Source of the DNA: an uncultured Gemmatimonadales bacterium
GTDB lineage: Bacteria; Gemmatimonadota; Gemmatimonadetes; Gemmatimonadales; GWC2-71-9
Length of the DNA: 64,000 bases
Assembly (NCBI GenBank): GCA_963748815.1
Contig: CAVVKJ010000010.1
Span: 256,001-320,000, forward strand
Direction: 5' to 3'
Of this stretch, positions 1-10,348 are shown in pieces. Under the pieces are notes generated by a model, which was not told where the DNA came from, did no database searches, and saw only the letters and a program-made list of their open reading frames with translations. The position numbers and the translations under genes were made by a program. Within the stretch, counting starts at the first letter, position 1; every line of letters starts with the position of its first letter.

Positions 1-510
1 CTCGCGTCGGAGCTCTGGGAATGGACCATCGAGCGCATCGAGGACGAAGCCGGCCTGCGCCGCTGGTTCGAGGAAGCACTCCGTGCAGGGGCGGAGGGTC
101 GGGCCGTGCCGTTCGCGACCGTGCTGCGGCCGTCGGGCCAGGTGGTCGGTGCGACCCGGTTCGGCGCTCTCGACGCCCAGAACCGTCGCGTCGAAATCGG
201 GTGGACGTGGGTCGCCCCCGCCTGGCAGCGGACGGGGGTCAATCCCGAGGCAAAGTACCTCATGCTCGAGCACGCCTTCGAGGTCTGGGGCTGCCATCGG
301 GTGGAATTGAAGACCGACGCGCTCAACCAGGCGTCCCGCGGGGCGATGCTCCGGCTCGGGGCGCGGGAGGAGGGGGTCTTCCGGAAGTACCAGCTGCGGC
401 AGGATGGCCGGGTCCGCGATACCGCCTGGTACGCCATCACCGCCGGGGACTGGCCCGAGGTCAAGGCCGGGCTGGCGCGACGGTTGTGGCAGCCACCTCC
501 GGCGCGTTAG
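1..510 (+). CDS. GNAT (RimJ/RimL-like) N-acetyltransferase, 5' partial
   Basis: Frame open from base 1; VGATRF...RVEIGWTW...EAKYLMLEHAFE..CHRVELKTDALN..SR.AMLRLGA.EEG. Confidence 0.85.
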   Translation, partial: LASELWEWTIERIEDEAGLRRWFEEALRAGAEGRAVPFATVLRPSGQVVGATRFGALDAQNRRVEIGWTWVAPAWQRTGVNPEAKYLMLEHAFEVWGCHRVELKTDALNQASRGAMLRLGAREEGVFRKYQLRQDGRVRDTAWYAITAGDWPEVKAGLARRLWQPPPAR

Positions 511-554
511 CTTGCCCCATCCAAGGTCCACCACTCTCACCGATTGAAATCGCG

Positions 555-2033
555 ATGCCCCTGACGACTTCTCTCCGCAAGGCCGACCTCGCCTCGGTCG
601 CGACTCCGATGCTCATCGTCGCGGTGCCGCAGGGTCCGCGCCCCGCGTCGCTCGACTCGCTCGACCGCGCCGTCGGGGGAGCCATCACCCGCGTATACGC
701 CGCCGGCGACTTCGCTGGCAAGAAGGACCAGGTGGCGTTCATCTACCCCGACGGCCCGGCTGGCCGGGTGCTTCTCGTCGGCGCCGGCGAGGCGGCGAAG
801 AGCTCCACCCGGTCGCTCCGCCGCGCGGCGGCGGTCGGCGGGAAACGGGCGCGCCTCGCCGGTGTCACCGATGCGGCGTACCACCTGACCCCGGAAGCCC
901 GCGGGTCGGTGCCCGAGGCCGATGCCGTGCAGGCCACCGCCGAAGGGGTGATCTATGGTGCGTGGCACTTTGATGCGCTGAAGCTGCCTCCGGAAGAAGC
1001 CAGGCCTGCGCTGGAGCGCATGGAGATTCTCGCCCACGGGGCGGCCGCCGAGGCGGGGCATGGCCTTGGCGCTGCGATCGGCGCCGCGCAGGCGTTCACG
1101 CGCGGGCTGCAGGTCCTCCCGAGCAACACGTGCACTCCGTCGTTCCTGGCGGCGCAGGCGCAGGACCTCGCGACCCGCCACAAGTTCGGGATTACGGTGC
1201 TTGACCGCGCGGCCATCGAGAAGGAAGGGATGGGCGCCCTGCTCGCCGTCGGGAAGGGAAGCGCGGAAGATCCGCGATTCATCGCCCTCGAATACAAGGG
1301 CGGGGCGGGCGCGCCGATCGTCCTGGTCGGAAAGGGCGTCACCTTCGACACCGGCGGCATCTCGATCAAGCCCGCCGAGCGCATGGAAGACATGAAGTTT
1401 GACATGTCCGGCGCCGCCGCGGTGCTGGGGGCGTTCGAGGCCATCGGGCGGCTCCGCCCCAAGGCGCACGTCATCGGCCTGATCCCCTCGGCGGAAAACA
1501 TGCTGTCCGGCACTGCCTACAAGCCAGGCGACGTGGTGCGCGCCATGTCCGGCAAGCACATCGAGGTGATCAACACCGACGCGGAGGGCCGCCTCCTCCT
1601 GGCAGACGCGTTGCACTACGCCCGGCGCTACAATCCCGCCTGCGTCATCGACGTCGCCACGCTGACCGGCGCCGTCGTGAGCGCGCTCGGCCACACCGCG
1701 GCGGCCGTCATCGGGACCGACGACGCACTCATCGACGAAATCCGCCGGGCCGGCGAGCGGTCGGGGGAGCGGGTGTGGCAGCTGCCCCTGTGGGACGAGT
1801 TCCGGGAGCACATCAAGTCGGACATTGCCGACGTGAAGAACTCCGGTGGCCGGCCGGCCGGGACGATCACCGCGGCCTGGTTCCTCCGTGAGTTCGCGGA
1901 GGGGTACCTCTGGGCGCATCTCGACATCGCCGGGACGGCCTACACCCAGAGCGAGGATGCCGGCTCGGTGAAGGGGCCAACCGGGATGGGCGTGCGGCTC
2001 TTCGCCGAGTTCGTCCTGGCCCGACAGGGGTGA
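555..2033 (+). CDS. pepA: Leucyl aminopeptidase (M17)
   Basis: VGKGVTFDTGGISIKP, MKFDMSGAA, NTDAEGRL, HLDIAG; ATG at 555. Confidence 0.95.
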   Translation: MPLTTSLRKADLASVATPMLIVAVPQGPRPASLDSLDRAVGGAITRVYAAGDFAGKKDQVAFIYPDGPAGRVLLVGAGEAAKSSTRSLRRAAAVGGKRARLAGVTDAAYHLTPEARGSVPEADAVQATAEGVIYGAWHFDALKLPPEEARPALERMEILAHGAAAEAGHGLGAAIGAAQAFTRGLQVLPSNTCTPSFLAAQAQDLATRHKFGITVLDRAAIEKEGMGALLAVGKGSAEDPRFIALEYKGGAGAPIVLVGKGVTFDTGGISIKPAERMEDMKFDMSGAAAVLGAFEAIGRLRPKAHVIGLIPSAENMLSGTAYKPGDVVRAMSGKHIEVINTDAEGRLLLADALHYARRYNPACVIDVATLTGAVVSALGHTAAAVIGTDDALIDEIRRAGERSGERVWQLPLWDEFREHIKSDIADVKNSGGRPAGTITAAWFLREFAEGYLWAHLDIAGTAYTQSEDAGSVKGPTGMGVRLFAEFVLARQG

Positions 2034-3835
2034 CGCGCCGCCGTTGGGTTCCTGCGGTTGGGCTGGCCCTGCTGGGTTGTCTCGCCGGGACTGCGGTCGA
2101 GGCGCAGTCGCCGGAGCAGATGGCGGCCGATTCCCAGCGGAACGCCGCCGATACGGTCAACCTGAGCGCCCGCTACCTCGAAGGGCAGGCGCTGGCGAAG
2201 GTCCGCCTCCCGGTGGCGCCCCGCCTCGATCCCGACGGTGTGATGCCGACCGGGTCCCGCGTCGTGCTCGATCATCACGCCATCCAGTGGTCCACTGCCG
2301 AGACGGTGTCGGAGCTGCTCCTGGAAGTGCCCGGGCTGTATCTCTGGCGCGGCGGGTGGCTCGGCCGTCCCGAGTACGCCAGCTACCAGGGCCGGGGGGC
2401 GACCTCGGTCGAGTACTTCCTCGACGGTCTTCCGATGACGCCGGTTGGTCCCGATTCCGTCGGGATCGATCCGGCGCTCCTGCCGATCAATCTCCTCGAT
2501 CGCGTGGAAATCGAACGGTGGGCCGGGCTGCTCCGGGTTCGGCTCTACACGCCGCGCCACGACGTGGCGGCCGCGGGTACCGACATTCTCGTCGCCACCG
2601 GCGACGGGAGCTTCTCGCGCTACGGCGGTCGCATTCAGAAGCGGTTCCGGTCCGGGATCGGCTACGCGCTGGCGGCCGACTACTGGGATGCCTTGACGAA
2701 CGACGCCGCCTCGAGCGCCGCGCAGGAAACGAATGTCTGGTTCCAGCTCAGCTACCTCGGGGGCGAGCGCTGGGGCCTGCAGTACCAATACGTGATGCAG
2801 TCGCCCAACCGGGAGGCATACGTCACGAACGCGGGCGACAGCATCGGGGCGGGGGTGAAGGGCACCCGGGGCGACATGCAGTTGCGGGCCTTCCTGAAGG
2901 GGGGCAGCGGGGACCTCACTCGGCAGGCCGACCTCGTCTTCTCCTCTACCGGGTGGTCGGGGAGCGACGTGTCCCAGCGCGTCAACGGCGTTGGCGTCGT
3001 GGCGTCGTGGCGGAAGCCGACGATGTCCGCCTCCGTCAGCGGATTCCTCCGGTCGCGGTGGACCAACGCCGAACTTCGGGGGACCGCCGGGTGGGCGCCG
3101 ACCCGTGCGGTCAGCGCGAGCCTCGAGGCGGAGTGGATTTCCTATGACAACAGCCGGTCCAGTCAATGGCTGGGCGCGCGGGCAGGGCTGGCGCTCCCGT
3201 ACGGGTTTGACCTGAGCGGGTCGGCCCGCGTGGGCAAGGTCGTCGCCGCTCCCGCCATCGAGACGAGCGAGGCGCAGGACATCGGCGACCTCACCGCGAC
3301 GCTCGGCTGGCAGCGGTCCTGGCTCTCGCTCACCGCCGACGTCTCGCAGACCAGCGCCTTCCAGGGACTCGCGCCGCAGCCCTACCTCAACGTGCCCGGG
3401 CTGGCCACGACGCCATCGACCACCTGGCTGTCGGTCGGCGGTCGGCTCGCGCCGATTCCGTGGGTCATTCTCGAGAGCCGCTACAGCAACCCCACCTCCG
3501 GCACGCCGAACGGCAATCCGCCGACCCACTCACTCACCACGGCGACGATTCGGTCGAAGTTTTTCCGGACCTTCAAGAGCGGCTCCTTCGACCTTAAGGC
3601 CCAGATCGGCGTCGAGTCCTGGGGCGACGGCGTCATCGGCCTCGACGCGACCTCGGCCCCGATCCGACTCAACGGCGCGACGTTTCTCAGGGCCTACCTG
3701 GAGCTGGAAATCGGCAGCTTCCAGTTCTACTACGACCGGATGAACCTGGCCGGCACCGACCAGACGTATGTGCCTGGCTACGTAATCCCGCCCTACGGAA
3801 GCACTTACGGTGTTCGCTGGTCGTTCGTGAACTAG
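2030..3835 (+). CDS. Outer-membrane beta-barrel protein with TonB-dependent-receptor-like plug domain
   Basis: Signal peptide; plug-like LLEVPGL...YFLDGLPM...LLDRVEIER; amphipathic strands; C-terminal YGVRWSFVN. Confidence 0.7.
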   Translation: MTRRRWVPAVGLALLGCLAGTAVEAQSPEQMAADSQRNAADTVNLSARYLEGQALAKVRLPVAPRLDPDGVMPTGSRVVLDHHAIQWSTAETVSELLLEVPGLYLWRGGWLGRPEYASYQGRGATSVEYFLDGLPMTPVGPDSVGIDPALLPINLLDRVEIERWAGLLRVRLYTPRHDVAAAGTDILVATGDGSFSRYGGRIQKRFRSGIGYALAADYWDALTNDAASSAAQETNVWFQLSYLGGERWGLQYQYVMQSPNREAYVTNAGDSIGAGVKGTRGDMQLRAFLKGGSGDLTRQADLVFSSTGWSGSDVSQRVNGVGVVASWRKPTMSASVSGFLRSRWTNAELRGTAGWAPTRAVSASLEAEWISYDNSRSSQWLGARAGLALPYGFDLSGSARVGKVVAAPAIETSEAQDIGDLTATLGWQRSWLSLTADVSQTSAFQGLAPQPYLNVPGLATTPSTTWLSVGGRLAPIPWVILESRYSNPTSGTPNGNPPTHSLTTATIRSKFFRTFKSGSFDLKAQIGVESWGDGVIGLDATSAPIRLNGATFLRAYLELEIGSFQFYYDRMNLAGTDQTYVPGYVIPPYGSTYGVRWSFVN

Positions 3836-3843
3836 CCACTTCG

Positions 3844-3867
3844 GCTTCCCCGCTTCCCCGCTTCCCC
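3844..3867. repeat. Octamer tandem repeat (GCTTCCCC)x3
   Basis: Three exact copies in the intergenic space after the OMP gene. Confidence 0.8.
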
Positions 3868-3942
3868 GCCTTACTTCCCGACCTGTCCAGTGGTCTCCAA
3901 ACCCGCTATCTTTACATGCTTTACCAGAATCGCGGGGGTTGC

Positions 3943-4818
3943 GTGCCGCACAGCATGACCGGGTTCGGAGCGGGGGAAGGGAACGCGGCTGGCGGACGGC
4001 TCCGGATCGAAATCCGGACGGTCAACCACCGCTTCTTCAACTTGTCCGCCAAGCTCCCCTCGGACCTGTCGGCGCTGGAGTCGGAGTTGCGGGAGCGGCT
4101 CCGCAGGGATCTCGAGCGCGGCCACATCAGCGTCGGCGTGCGGTGGGTCGAATCCCCGGCCCGCGAAGCGGCGCTCGCGCTGAACATGGAGCGGGCGCGG
4201 GTGGTGGTGGCCCGGCTCCGGGAATTGCAGACGAGTCTCGGGTTGGTCGGCGAGGTCTCACTCGACCTGGTCGCCCGGCAGCCCGAGGTGCTGGTGTTCG
4301 ACGGGAGCGAGATTCCCGCGGTGACCTGGGCCGAATTCGAACCGATCGTGCTCGCCGCCATCGTCGAGTGCACCGCGATGCGCCGACGCGAGGGGGCGGC
4401 ACTGGCCGCGGAGCTGGCGCATCGGCTCAACCTGCTGGAGTCCGCTGGTCGGCGCGTGGCGGAGCTGGCGCCCGCGCGGTTGCCCCGGGAGCGGGACCGG
4501 CTGCGGAGCGCCGTGACCGAGCTGCTCGACGGCCGGGCCGTGGACGACGCCCGCCTGGCGCAGGAGCTCGCCGTGCTGGCCGACAAGCTGGACATCACCG
4601 AGGAACTGGTGCGCTTCGCGTCGCACCTGGCCGCCTGCCGCGCCGCGCTGGCCAGCGATGGCGCCGTCGGCAAGCAGCTCGGGTTCCTGGCGCAGGAACT
4701 TGGCCGGGAAATCAACACGATGGGCGCCAAGGCCAACGACGCGGACATTTCGCAGCAGGTCATCCTGATGAAGGGCGAGATGGAAAAGTTCCGCGAGCAG
4801 CTGGAAAACCTCGAGTGA
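3943..4818 (+). CDS. yicC: YicC/YloC family endoribonuclease
   Basis: SMTGFG, RTVNHRF, KLDITEELVRF, GKQLGFLAQELGREINTMGAK, EKFREQLENLE; upstream of gmk. Confidence 0.92.
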   Translation: MPHSMTGFGAGEGNAAGGRLRIEIRTVNHRFFNLSAKLPSDLSALESELRERLRRDLERGHISVGVRWVESPAREAALALNMERARVVVARLRELQTSLGLVGEVSLDLVARQPEVLVFDGSEIPAVTWAEFEPIVLAAIVECTAMRRREGAALAAELAHRLNLLESAGRRVAELAPARLPRERDRLRSAVTELLDGRAVDDARLAQELAVLADKLDITEELVRFASHLAACRAALASDGAVGKQLGFLAQELGREINTMGAKANDADISQQVILMKGEMEKFREQLENLE

Positions 4819-5456
4819 CGCCGTTCCTCCTGGTGCTCTCGTCGCCCTCTGGCGGCGGCAAGACCACCATCGCCCGGTCGCTGCTGCAGGCCCGGAGCGA
4901 CGTGGGTTACTCGGTGTCGGCCACGACGCGCGCGCCGCGGCACGGCGAGCGGGACGGGCACGATTACCACTTCCTGAGCGCGGCCGAGTTCGAGCGGCGG
5001 GTGGTGGCGGGCGAGTTCCTCGAGCACGCGACCTACGGCGGCCACCGCTACGGGACGCTGCGCTCGGAAATCGACCGGGTGCTCGGCGGCGGTCGCCACG
5101 CGGTGCTCGACATCGAGGTGGAGGGCGCCCGGCAGGTGCTGGAGCGGATGCCGGACGCGGTGCGCGTCTTCGTCCTCCCGCCGTCCGCCAAGGTGCTCGT
5201 GGAGCGGCTCCGGGCCCGCGACACCGAGACGCCCGAGGCGCGGCGCACCCGGCTGGCGCGGGCGGCGGAAGAGCTGATGGCGGTGACGGAATACGACTAC
5301 GTGGTGATCAACGAACACCTGCGGGACGCGGTGAATGCCGTCGGGGCCATCCTCGACGCCGAGACGAGGCGGGTGGCGCGTCGGCGCGACCTCACGGGAT
5401 TCGTGGAGCTTTTGCGCCAGGGCGTCGCCTCGGCGGCCCAGGGCGACAGTGTATGA
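4815..5456 (+). CDS. gmk: Guanylate kinase
   Basis: SPSGGGKTT P-loop, SATTRAPR.GE.DG.DYHF, YGT, LDIEVEGA; GTG overlaps yicC stop. Confidence 0.95.
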   Translation: MTPFLLVLSSPSGGGKTTIARSLLQARSDVGYSVSATTRAPRHGERDGHDYHFLSAAEFERRVVAGEFLEHATYGGHRYGTLRSEIDRVLGGGRHAVLDIEVEGARQVLERMPDAVRVFVLPPSAKVLVERLRARDTETPEARRTRLARAAEELMAVTEYDYVVINEHLRDAVNAVGAILDAETRRVARRRDLTGFVELLRQGVASAAQGDSV

Positions 5457-5478
5457 CCAACCAAGGGAGCAGGAACCA

Positions 5479-5691
5479 ATGAAGATCTACACCCCGGTGG
5501 ATGCGGCTCGGAAGGCCGGCAACAAGTATCTCGGCGTCCTGGTCGCGGCCAAGTTCGCACGGTACCTGAACGAGTTCCCGCGCGACCACCTCGACACCGG
5601 CGACGAGAAGCTGACCACCACCGCGCTCGAGTCGCTGACGTTCGGCGGGCTCGAGTACAAGATGATCCGCCGCCGCCGCTCCGAGGCGTAG
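5479..5691 (+). CDS. rpoZ: RNA polymerase omega subunit
   Basis: NKYLGVLVAAKFAR.L and K.TT.AL motifs; gmk-rpoZ-coaBC context. Confidence 0.8.
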   Translation: MKIYTPVDAARKAGNKYLGVLVAAKFARYLNEFPRDHLDTGDEKLTTTALESLTFGGLEYKMIRRRRSEA

Positions 5692-6888
5692 GTGTGGTCC
5701 GGCCGGCACGTCGTTCTCGGCGTGTCGGGCGGGATCGCGTGCTATAAGAGCTGCATTCTTGCCCGACGCCTGACCGAGGCAGGGGCGCGGGTGGATGTCG
5801 TCCTCACGCGTGCCGCCGCGGAGTTCGTGCGGCCGCTGACGTTTGAAGCACTGACCGGGCGCCCGGTCCTGACTTCCCTCTGGGAGGCGGACCGGGCGCT
5901 CGCGCACATCCGCCTGGCCGACGACGCCGACCTCGTGATCCTCGCCCCGGCCACGGCGCAGCTCCTCGCCCGCGCCGCGCAGGGCATCGCCGACGACGTC
6001 CTCACGGCCATGCTCCTCGCCCGCACGGGGCCGGTGCTCGTCGCCCCCGCCATGAACGACGCGATGTACGCGCACGACGCGACGACTCGCAACGTCGCAA
6101 CCCTTGCCGCCCGGGGCTGGGCCTTCGTCGGGCCCGAGGTCGGGCCCCTCGCCGAGGGCCCCTCGGACCGGCCGGGTCGCATGAGCGAACCGGAAACGAT
6201 CTTCGCCCACGCGGCGCGGGTGCTCCGCCGAGGGAGCGCGCTGGCGGGTCGGACCGTGGTAGTGACCGCCGGCCCCACGCGTGAGCCGATCGACCCGGTG
6301 CGGGTGGTGACCAACCGGTCCAGCGGCAAGATGGGGTACCGGCTCGCCGAGGCGGCATGGGAGCGCGGTGCCGACGTCGTGCTGGTCAGCGGCCCGGTCA
6401 CCCTCAAGGCCCCGGTCGGTGTGCGGCTCCGCTCGGTGGAAACCACCGACGATCTGGAACAGGTAGTGGCAGAGGAACTTCCCGGGGCCGATGTCCTGAT
6501 CATGGCCGCCGCGCCCGCCGACTATCGACCCTCCAGTCCGAGCACCGCCAAGCGGCCGCGCACCGATGGCGCACTCGCCATCCCGATGGAACCGACCGCC
6601 GACATTCTCCGCGCCACCGTCGCGGTGCGCAAGGCGGGAAGCGTCATCGTCGGTTTCGCGCTGGAGACGGGGGACGCGATCCAGAAGGCGCGGACCAAGC
6701 TCGAGGGGAAGGCACTCGACCTGATCGTCGTGAACGACGCGCTGGAACCGGGCGCCGGATTCGATGTGGACACGAACCGCGTAGCGATCCTCGACCGCGA
6801 AGGCAACGCGCGCGTCGTGCCGCTGGCCTCGAAGCGCGAGGTGGCCGACACCATCCTCGACGCCGTGGAGGCACGCATTGTCGGATAA
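5692..6888 (+). CDS. coaBC: Phosphopantothenoylcysteine decarboxylase/ligase
   Basis: GVSGGIACYK, APAMN, GRMSEP, TAGPTREPIDPVR.VTNRSSGKMG, VGFALET. Confidence 0.95.
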   Translation: MWSGRHVVLGVSGGIACYKSCILARRLTEAGARVDVVLTRAAAEFVRPLTFEALTGRPVLTSLWEADRALAHIRLADDADLVILAPATAQLLARAAQGIADDVLTAMLLARTGPVLVAPAMNDAMYAHDATTRNVATLAARGWAFVGPEVGPLAEGPSDRPGRMSEPETIFAHAARVLRRGSALAGRTVVVTAGPTREPIDPVRVVTNRSSGKMGYRLAEAAWERGADVVLVSGPVTLKAPVGVRLRSVETTDDLEQVVAEELPGADVLIMAAAPADYRPSSPSTAKRPRTDGALAIPMEPTADILRATVAVRKAGSVIVGFALETGDAIQKARTKLEGKALDLIVVNDALEPGAGFDVDTNRVAILDREGNARVVPLASKREVADTILDAVEARIVG

Positions 6889-7633
6889 GTGGCAGGCCTA
6901 CCTTCGGCAGCAGATGGAACTCGGTGGCGGGGAGATTTATCTGGCCGAAGGGGCGGGAAAGCGGGGAAGCGGGGAAGCGAACGCGCCGGCCGTCAACTGG
7001 CGGAAGGGTGCTCCCCCGATTCCCGGTCCCGGCCTCACCATCGACCTGCCAACGCCCGACCTCCTTGGAGACGGACTGGGCAGCCTCGACACGCTGGCCG
7101 CCATCGCCGGGCGGATTGCGGGCTGCACTCGGTGCGGGCTGTCGAAGACGCGGAATAAGACCGTGCCGGGCGAGGGAAATCCCTCAGCTGAACTGATGCT
7201 TGTCGGGGAAGGGCCGGGCGCGACAGAGGACGAAACCGGGCGGCCGTTTGTGGGCGCCGCCGGCGACCTCCTGACCCAGATCCTCGGCTCTATCGGGATC
7301 CCCCGGGAGAGTGTATTCATTGCCAATGTCGTGAAGTGCCGGCCCCCGCAGAACCGGAAGCCGTTGCCGGACGAGTCCACCGCCTGCCTCCCGTACCTCC
7401 GCCGACAGGTGCAGCTGGTCCGCCCGAAGGTGATCCTGGCGCTCGGCGCCACCGCCGCGGAGTCGCTCCTCGGCGTCCGGAAGAGCCTCGGCGAGCTGCG
7501 CGCCGCCGTGCACAGCTATGGAGGCGTGCCGCTGGTGATCACCTACCATCCGGCCGCACTGCTCCGCAACCCGAATTGGAAGAAGCCGACCTGGGATGAC
7601 GTCCGTATCGCCCGACAGCTCCTCGATCGCTGA
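6878..7633 (+). CDS. Uracil-DNA glycosylase family 4 (Fe-S)
   Basis: CTRCGL, VGEGPGATEDETGRPFVG, NVVKCRPP.NR, TYHPAALLR; start uncertain (TTG 6878 or ATG 6914). Confidence 0.9.
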   Translation: MSDKWQAYLRQQMELGGGEIYLAEGAGKRGSGEANAPAVNWRKGAPPIPGPGLTIDLPTPDLLGDGLGSLDTLAAIAGRIAGCTRCGLSKTRNKTVPGEGNPSAELMLVGEGPGATEDETGRPFVGAAGDLLTQILGSIGIPRESVFIANVVKCRPPQNRKPLPDESTACLPYLRRQVQLVRPKVILALGATAAESLLGVRKSLGELRAAVHSYGGVPLVITYHPAALLRNPNWKKPTWDDVRIARQLLDR

Positions 7634-8973
7634 GACCTACACCGGCCGCGCCGTCCCCTGGAGCCAGGAGGCGGAGCAGGCGGTGCTGGGCGCCATGCTG
7701 CTCGACCAGGACGCCGCGCTCCTGGCGACCGAGCTGGTGCAGGATGAGATGTTCTACCGCGAGGGCAACCGGCGCCTCTTCCGCGCCATGGTCAGCCTGG
7801 TGGAACGCCGCACCGTCATCGACCCCGTCACCCTGCGCGATGAATTGGGTCGGCGCGGGGAACTCGACGCCGTCGGCGGGGCCGACTACCTGGCCGACCT
7901 CGTGGACGCCGTTCCGACGGCGGCCAACCTCGAGTACCACGCGCGGATCGTCAAGGACAAGGCGATCCTCCGCCGCCTGATCGAGACCTCCACCGGCATC
8001 ATCACCGAAGCCTACGACGGCCGCGCCACCGCCTCCGACCTGCTCGACAAGGCGGAGTCGCGCATCTTCCAGATTTCGCAGGAACGGGGCAGCGAAGGAT
8101 TCAGCCGCCTCAAGGAGATGCTCTGGCCCACGATGGAGCGCATCGAAGCGCTCCAGCGGAGCGGGAAATCGATCACGGGCGTGCCGAGCGGCTTCGTAGA
8201 TTTGGACAAGTTGACTTCGGGCTTCCAGCCGTCGGAACTGGTCATCATTGCGGCGCGGCCCTCGATGGGGAAGACCGCCTTCTGCTTGAACATCGCGACG
8301 CACGCGGCGGTGGAAGGCGAAGGGGTCGCCATCTTCTCGCTGGAAATGTCACGCGACCAGCTGGTCCAGCGGATGCTGACCGCGCGAGGCGCGGGTGGAC
8401 AGCCAGCGGGTGCGGCAGGGGGGGCTGCGGGACGCCGACTTCACCAACCTGGCGCGGGCCGCGGGTGTCCTGCAGAGCTGCCCGGTCTGGATCGACGACA
8501 CGCCGAGCCTGTCGCTGCTGGAAATGCGGAGCAAGGCGCGGCGGCTCAAGGCGGACAACGACATCAAGATGGTCGTCGTGGACTACCTCCAGCTCATGCG
8601 AAGCCCCGAGTACGCCGAGAACCGGGTGCAGGAAATCAGCGACATCTCGCGCTCGCTCAAGGCGCTGGCTCGCGAACTCGCCGTGCCGGTCGTGGCGCTG
8701 AGCCAGCTGTCGCGCGCGTCGGAGCAGCGGGGCGGGGAACGTCGCCCCATCCTCTCCGACCTGCGTGACTCCGGCGCCATCGAGCAGGACGCCGACCTGG
8801 TCATGTTCATCCACCGGCCGGAATACTACGACCGGGAGGATGAATCCAAGCGGGGGCTGGCCGACATCATGCTGGCCAAGAACCGCAACGGCCCCACCGG
8901 CGACGTGCAGCTGCGCTTCAGCCGCGAATACACCCGTTTCGACAGCTTCTCCAGCCGCGACGACCCGGAGTAG
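7596..8973 (+). CDS. dnaB: Replicative DNA helicase (+1 frameshift ~8384, likely sequencing error)
   Basis: EAEQAVLG, AARPSMGKT, FSLEMS in 7596 frame; VVVDYLQL, ALSQLSR, SDLRDSGAIEQDAD, KNRNGP in 8395 frame. Confidence 0.95.
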
Positions 8974-8974
8974 C

Positions 8975-10348
8975 ATGGCCCGCACGCAGTCGGTCTATCG
9001 GTGTACGGAGTGTGGACACGACCATCCCAAGTGGGTCGGCCGGTGCGAGGGGTGCGAGGCGTGGAACACCGTGGCCGAGGAGCCGTTGGTCCGGGCCGCC
9101 GCCACCCGGGCGGGGCGCCGCGCCGCGCCGAGGCCGTCGCATGTCGCTGCCGCCCCGGCCGTCCGTCTCCGCGACATCGCCGAATCCCGCCTCATCCGCT
9201 GGTCCACCGGTCTCCCCGAGCTCGACTTCGTGCTCGGCGGCGGCATCGTGCCCGGGTCGATGACGCTCATCGGCGGCGAGCCGGGCATCGGCAAGTCGAC
9301 GCTCCTGCTGCAGGTCGCGGCCCGGCTCGAGTCCGGCGGCCGGCGCGTGCTGTACGCCAGCGGCGAGGAATCGCCCGACCAGCTCCGGCTGCGCGCCGCG
9401 CGCCTCGAAGAGGATGCAGGACCGGTCCACGTGCTCGGCGAGACCCGGCTGGAAGCGGTGCTCGAGGCCGCCGCCGCGCTCCCGGCCGAGTTTCTCGTGC
9501 TCGACTCCATCCAGACGGTGTACACCGACTCCCTCGAGAGCGCGCCCGGCAACGTCGGGCAGGTGCGCGAGTCGGCGGCCCTCCTGATGCGGTACGCCAA
9601 GGAGACCGGCACGGCGGTGGTCGTCGTCGGGCACGTGACCAAGGGGGGCGGCATCGCCGGGCCCAAGACGCTCGAGCACATCGTGGACACGGTGCTCTAC
9701 TTCGAGGGCGAGGGCTCGCTCGACTACCGCCTCCTCCGCGCCACCAAGAACCGGTTCGGCTCGGTGGACGAGCTGGGCGTGTTCTCGATGACCGAGCGCG
9801 GGCTCGTGGCGGTGCCGAATCCATCGGCCATGTTCCTGGCGGCGCGCGCCACAGGCACCAGCGGCAGCGCGGTCACGGCGCTGATGGAAGGGACGCGACC
9901 TGTGCTGGTGGAGGTGCAGGCGCTTGCCGCGCCCTCGGGATACGGTACGCCGCAGCGGGTGGCGACCGGCCTCGATCCGAAGCGGCTCGCGGTGCTCCTC
10001 GCCGTCCTGGAACGGCGGGGCAACACCTCGTTCGCCTCGCTCGACGTCTTCGTGCAGGCGACCGCCGGCGTGCGGCTGGCCGAGCCGGGGGCGGACCTGG
10101 CGGTGGCGGCGGCGCTCTTGTCCAGCTTGCACGGGAAGGCGGTCCCGGCCGATGTGCTGTATCTGGGCGAAATCGGGCTCGGCGGGGAAGTGCGGCCGAT
10201 CAGCGGGATGGAGCGCCGGATGACCGAGGCCGCGCGCCTCGGGTTCCGCCGGGTCTTCTCACCCGGCCGCAATCCCCCCTCGGTCGCGGGCATCACCGTG
10301 GTCGGCGTGGACCACATCGATCAACTGGTGAAGAGCCTTGCCGCCTGA
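8975..10348 (+). CDS. radA: DNA repair protein RadA/Sms
   Basis: C4 zinc finger, GEPGIGKSTLLLQ, KNRFG, Lon-like C-terminus. Confidence 0.96.
   Translation: MARTQSVYRCTECGHDHPKWVGRCEGCEAWNTVAEEPLVRAAATRAGRRAAPRPSHVAAAPAVRLRDIAESRLIRWSTGLPELDFVLGGGIVPGSMTLIGGEPGIGKSTLLLQVAARLESGGRRVLYASGEESPDQLRLRAARLEEDAGPVHVLGETRLEAVLEAAAALPAEFLVLDSIQTVYTDSLESAPGNVGQVRESAALLMRYAKETGTAVVVVGHVTKGGGIAGPKTLEHIVDTVLYFEGEGSLDYRLLRATKNRFGSVDELGVFSMTERGLVAVPNPSAMFLAARATGTSGSAVTALMEGTRPVLVEVQALAAPSGYGTPQRVATGLDPKRLAVLLAVLERRGNTSFASLDVFVQATAGVRLAEPGADLAVAAALLSSLHGKAVPADVLYLGEIGLGGEVRPISGMERRMTEAARLGFRRVFSPGRNPPSVAGITVVGVDHIDQLVKSLAA

Noticed and set aside
21..2033. 670-aa N-terminally extended PepA and similar apparent fusions (58068-59732 FabD-FabG, 37342-38493 NuoD-NuoE)
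   Set aside because: ORF-caller extensions or read-through caused by the +1 errors; real starts are internal
7596..8973. Pseudogene or programmed-frameshift calls for dnaB and the other split genes
   Set aside because: Core genes, no slippery motifs seen, all shifts +1, both halves well conserved; artefact is much more likely
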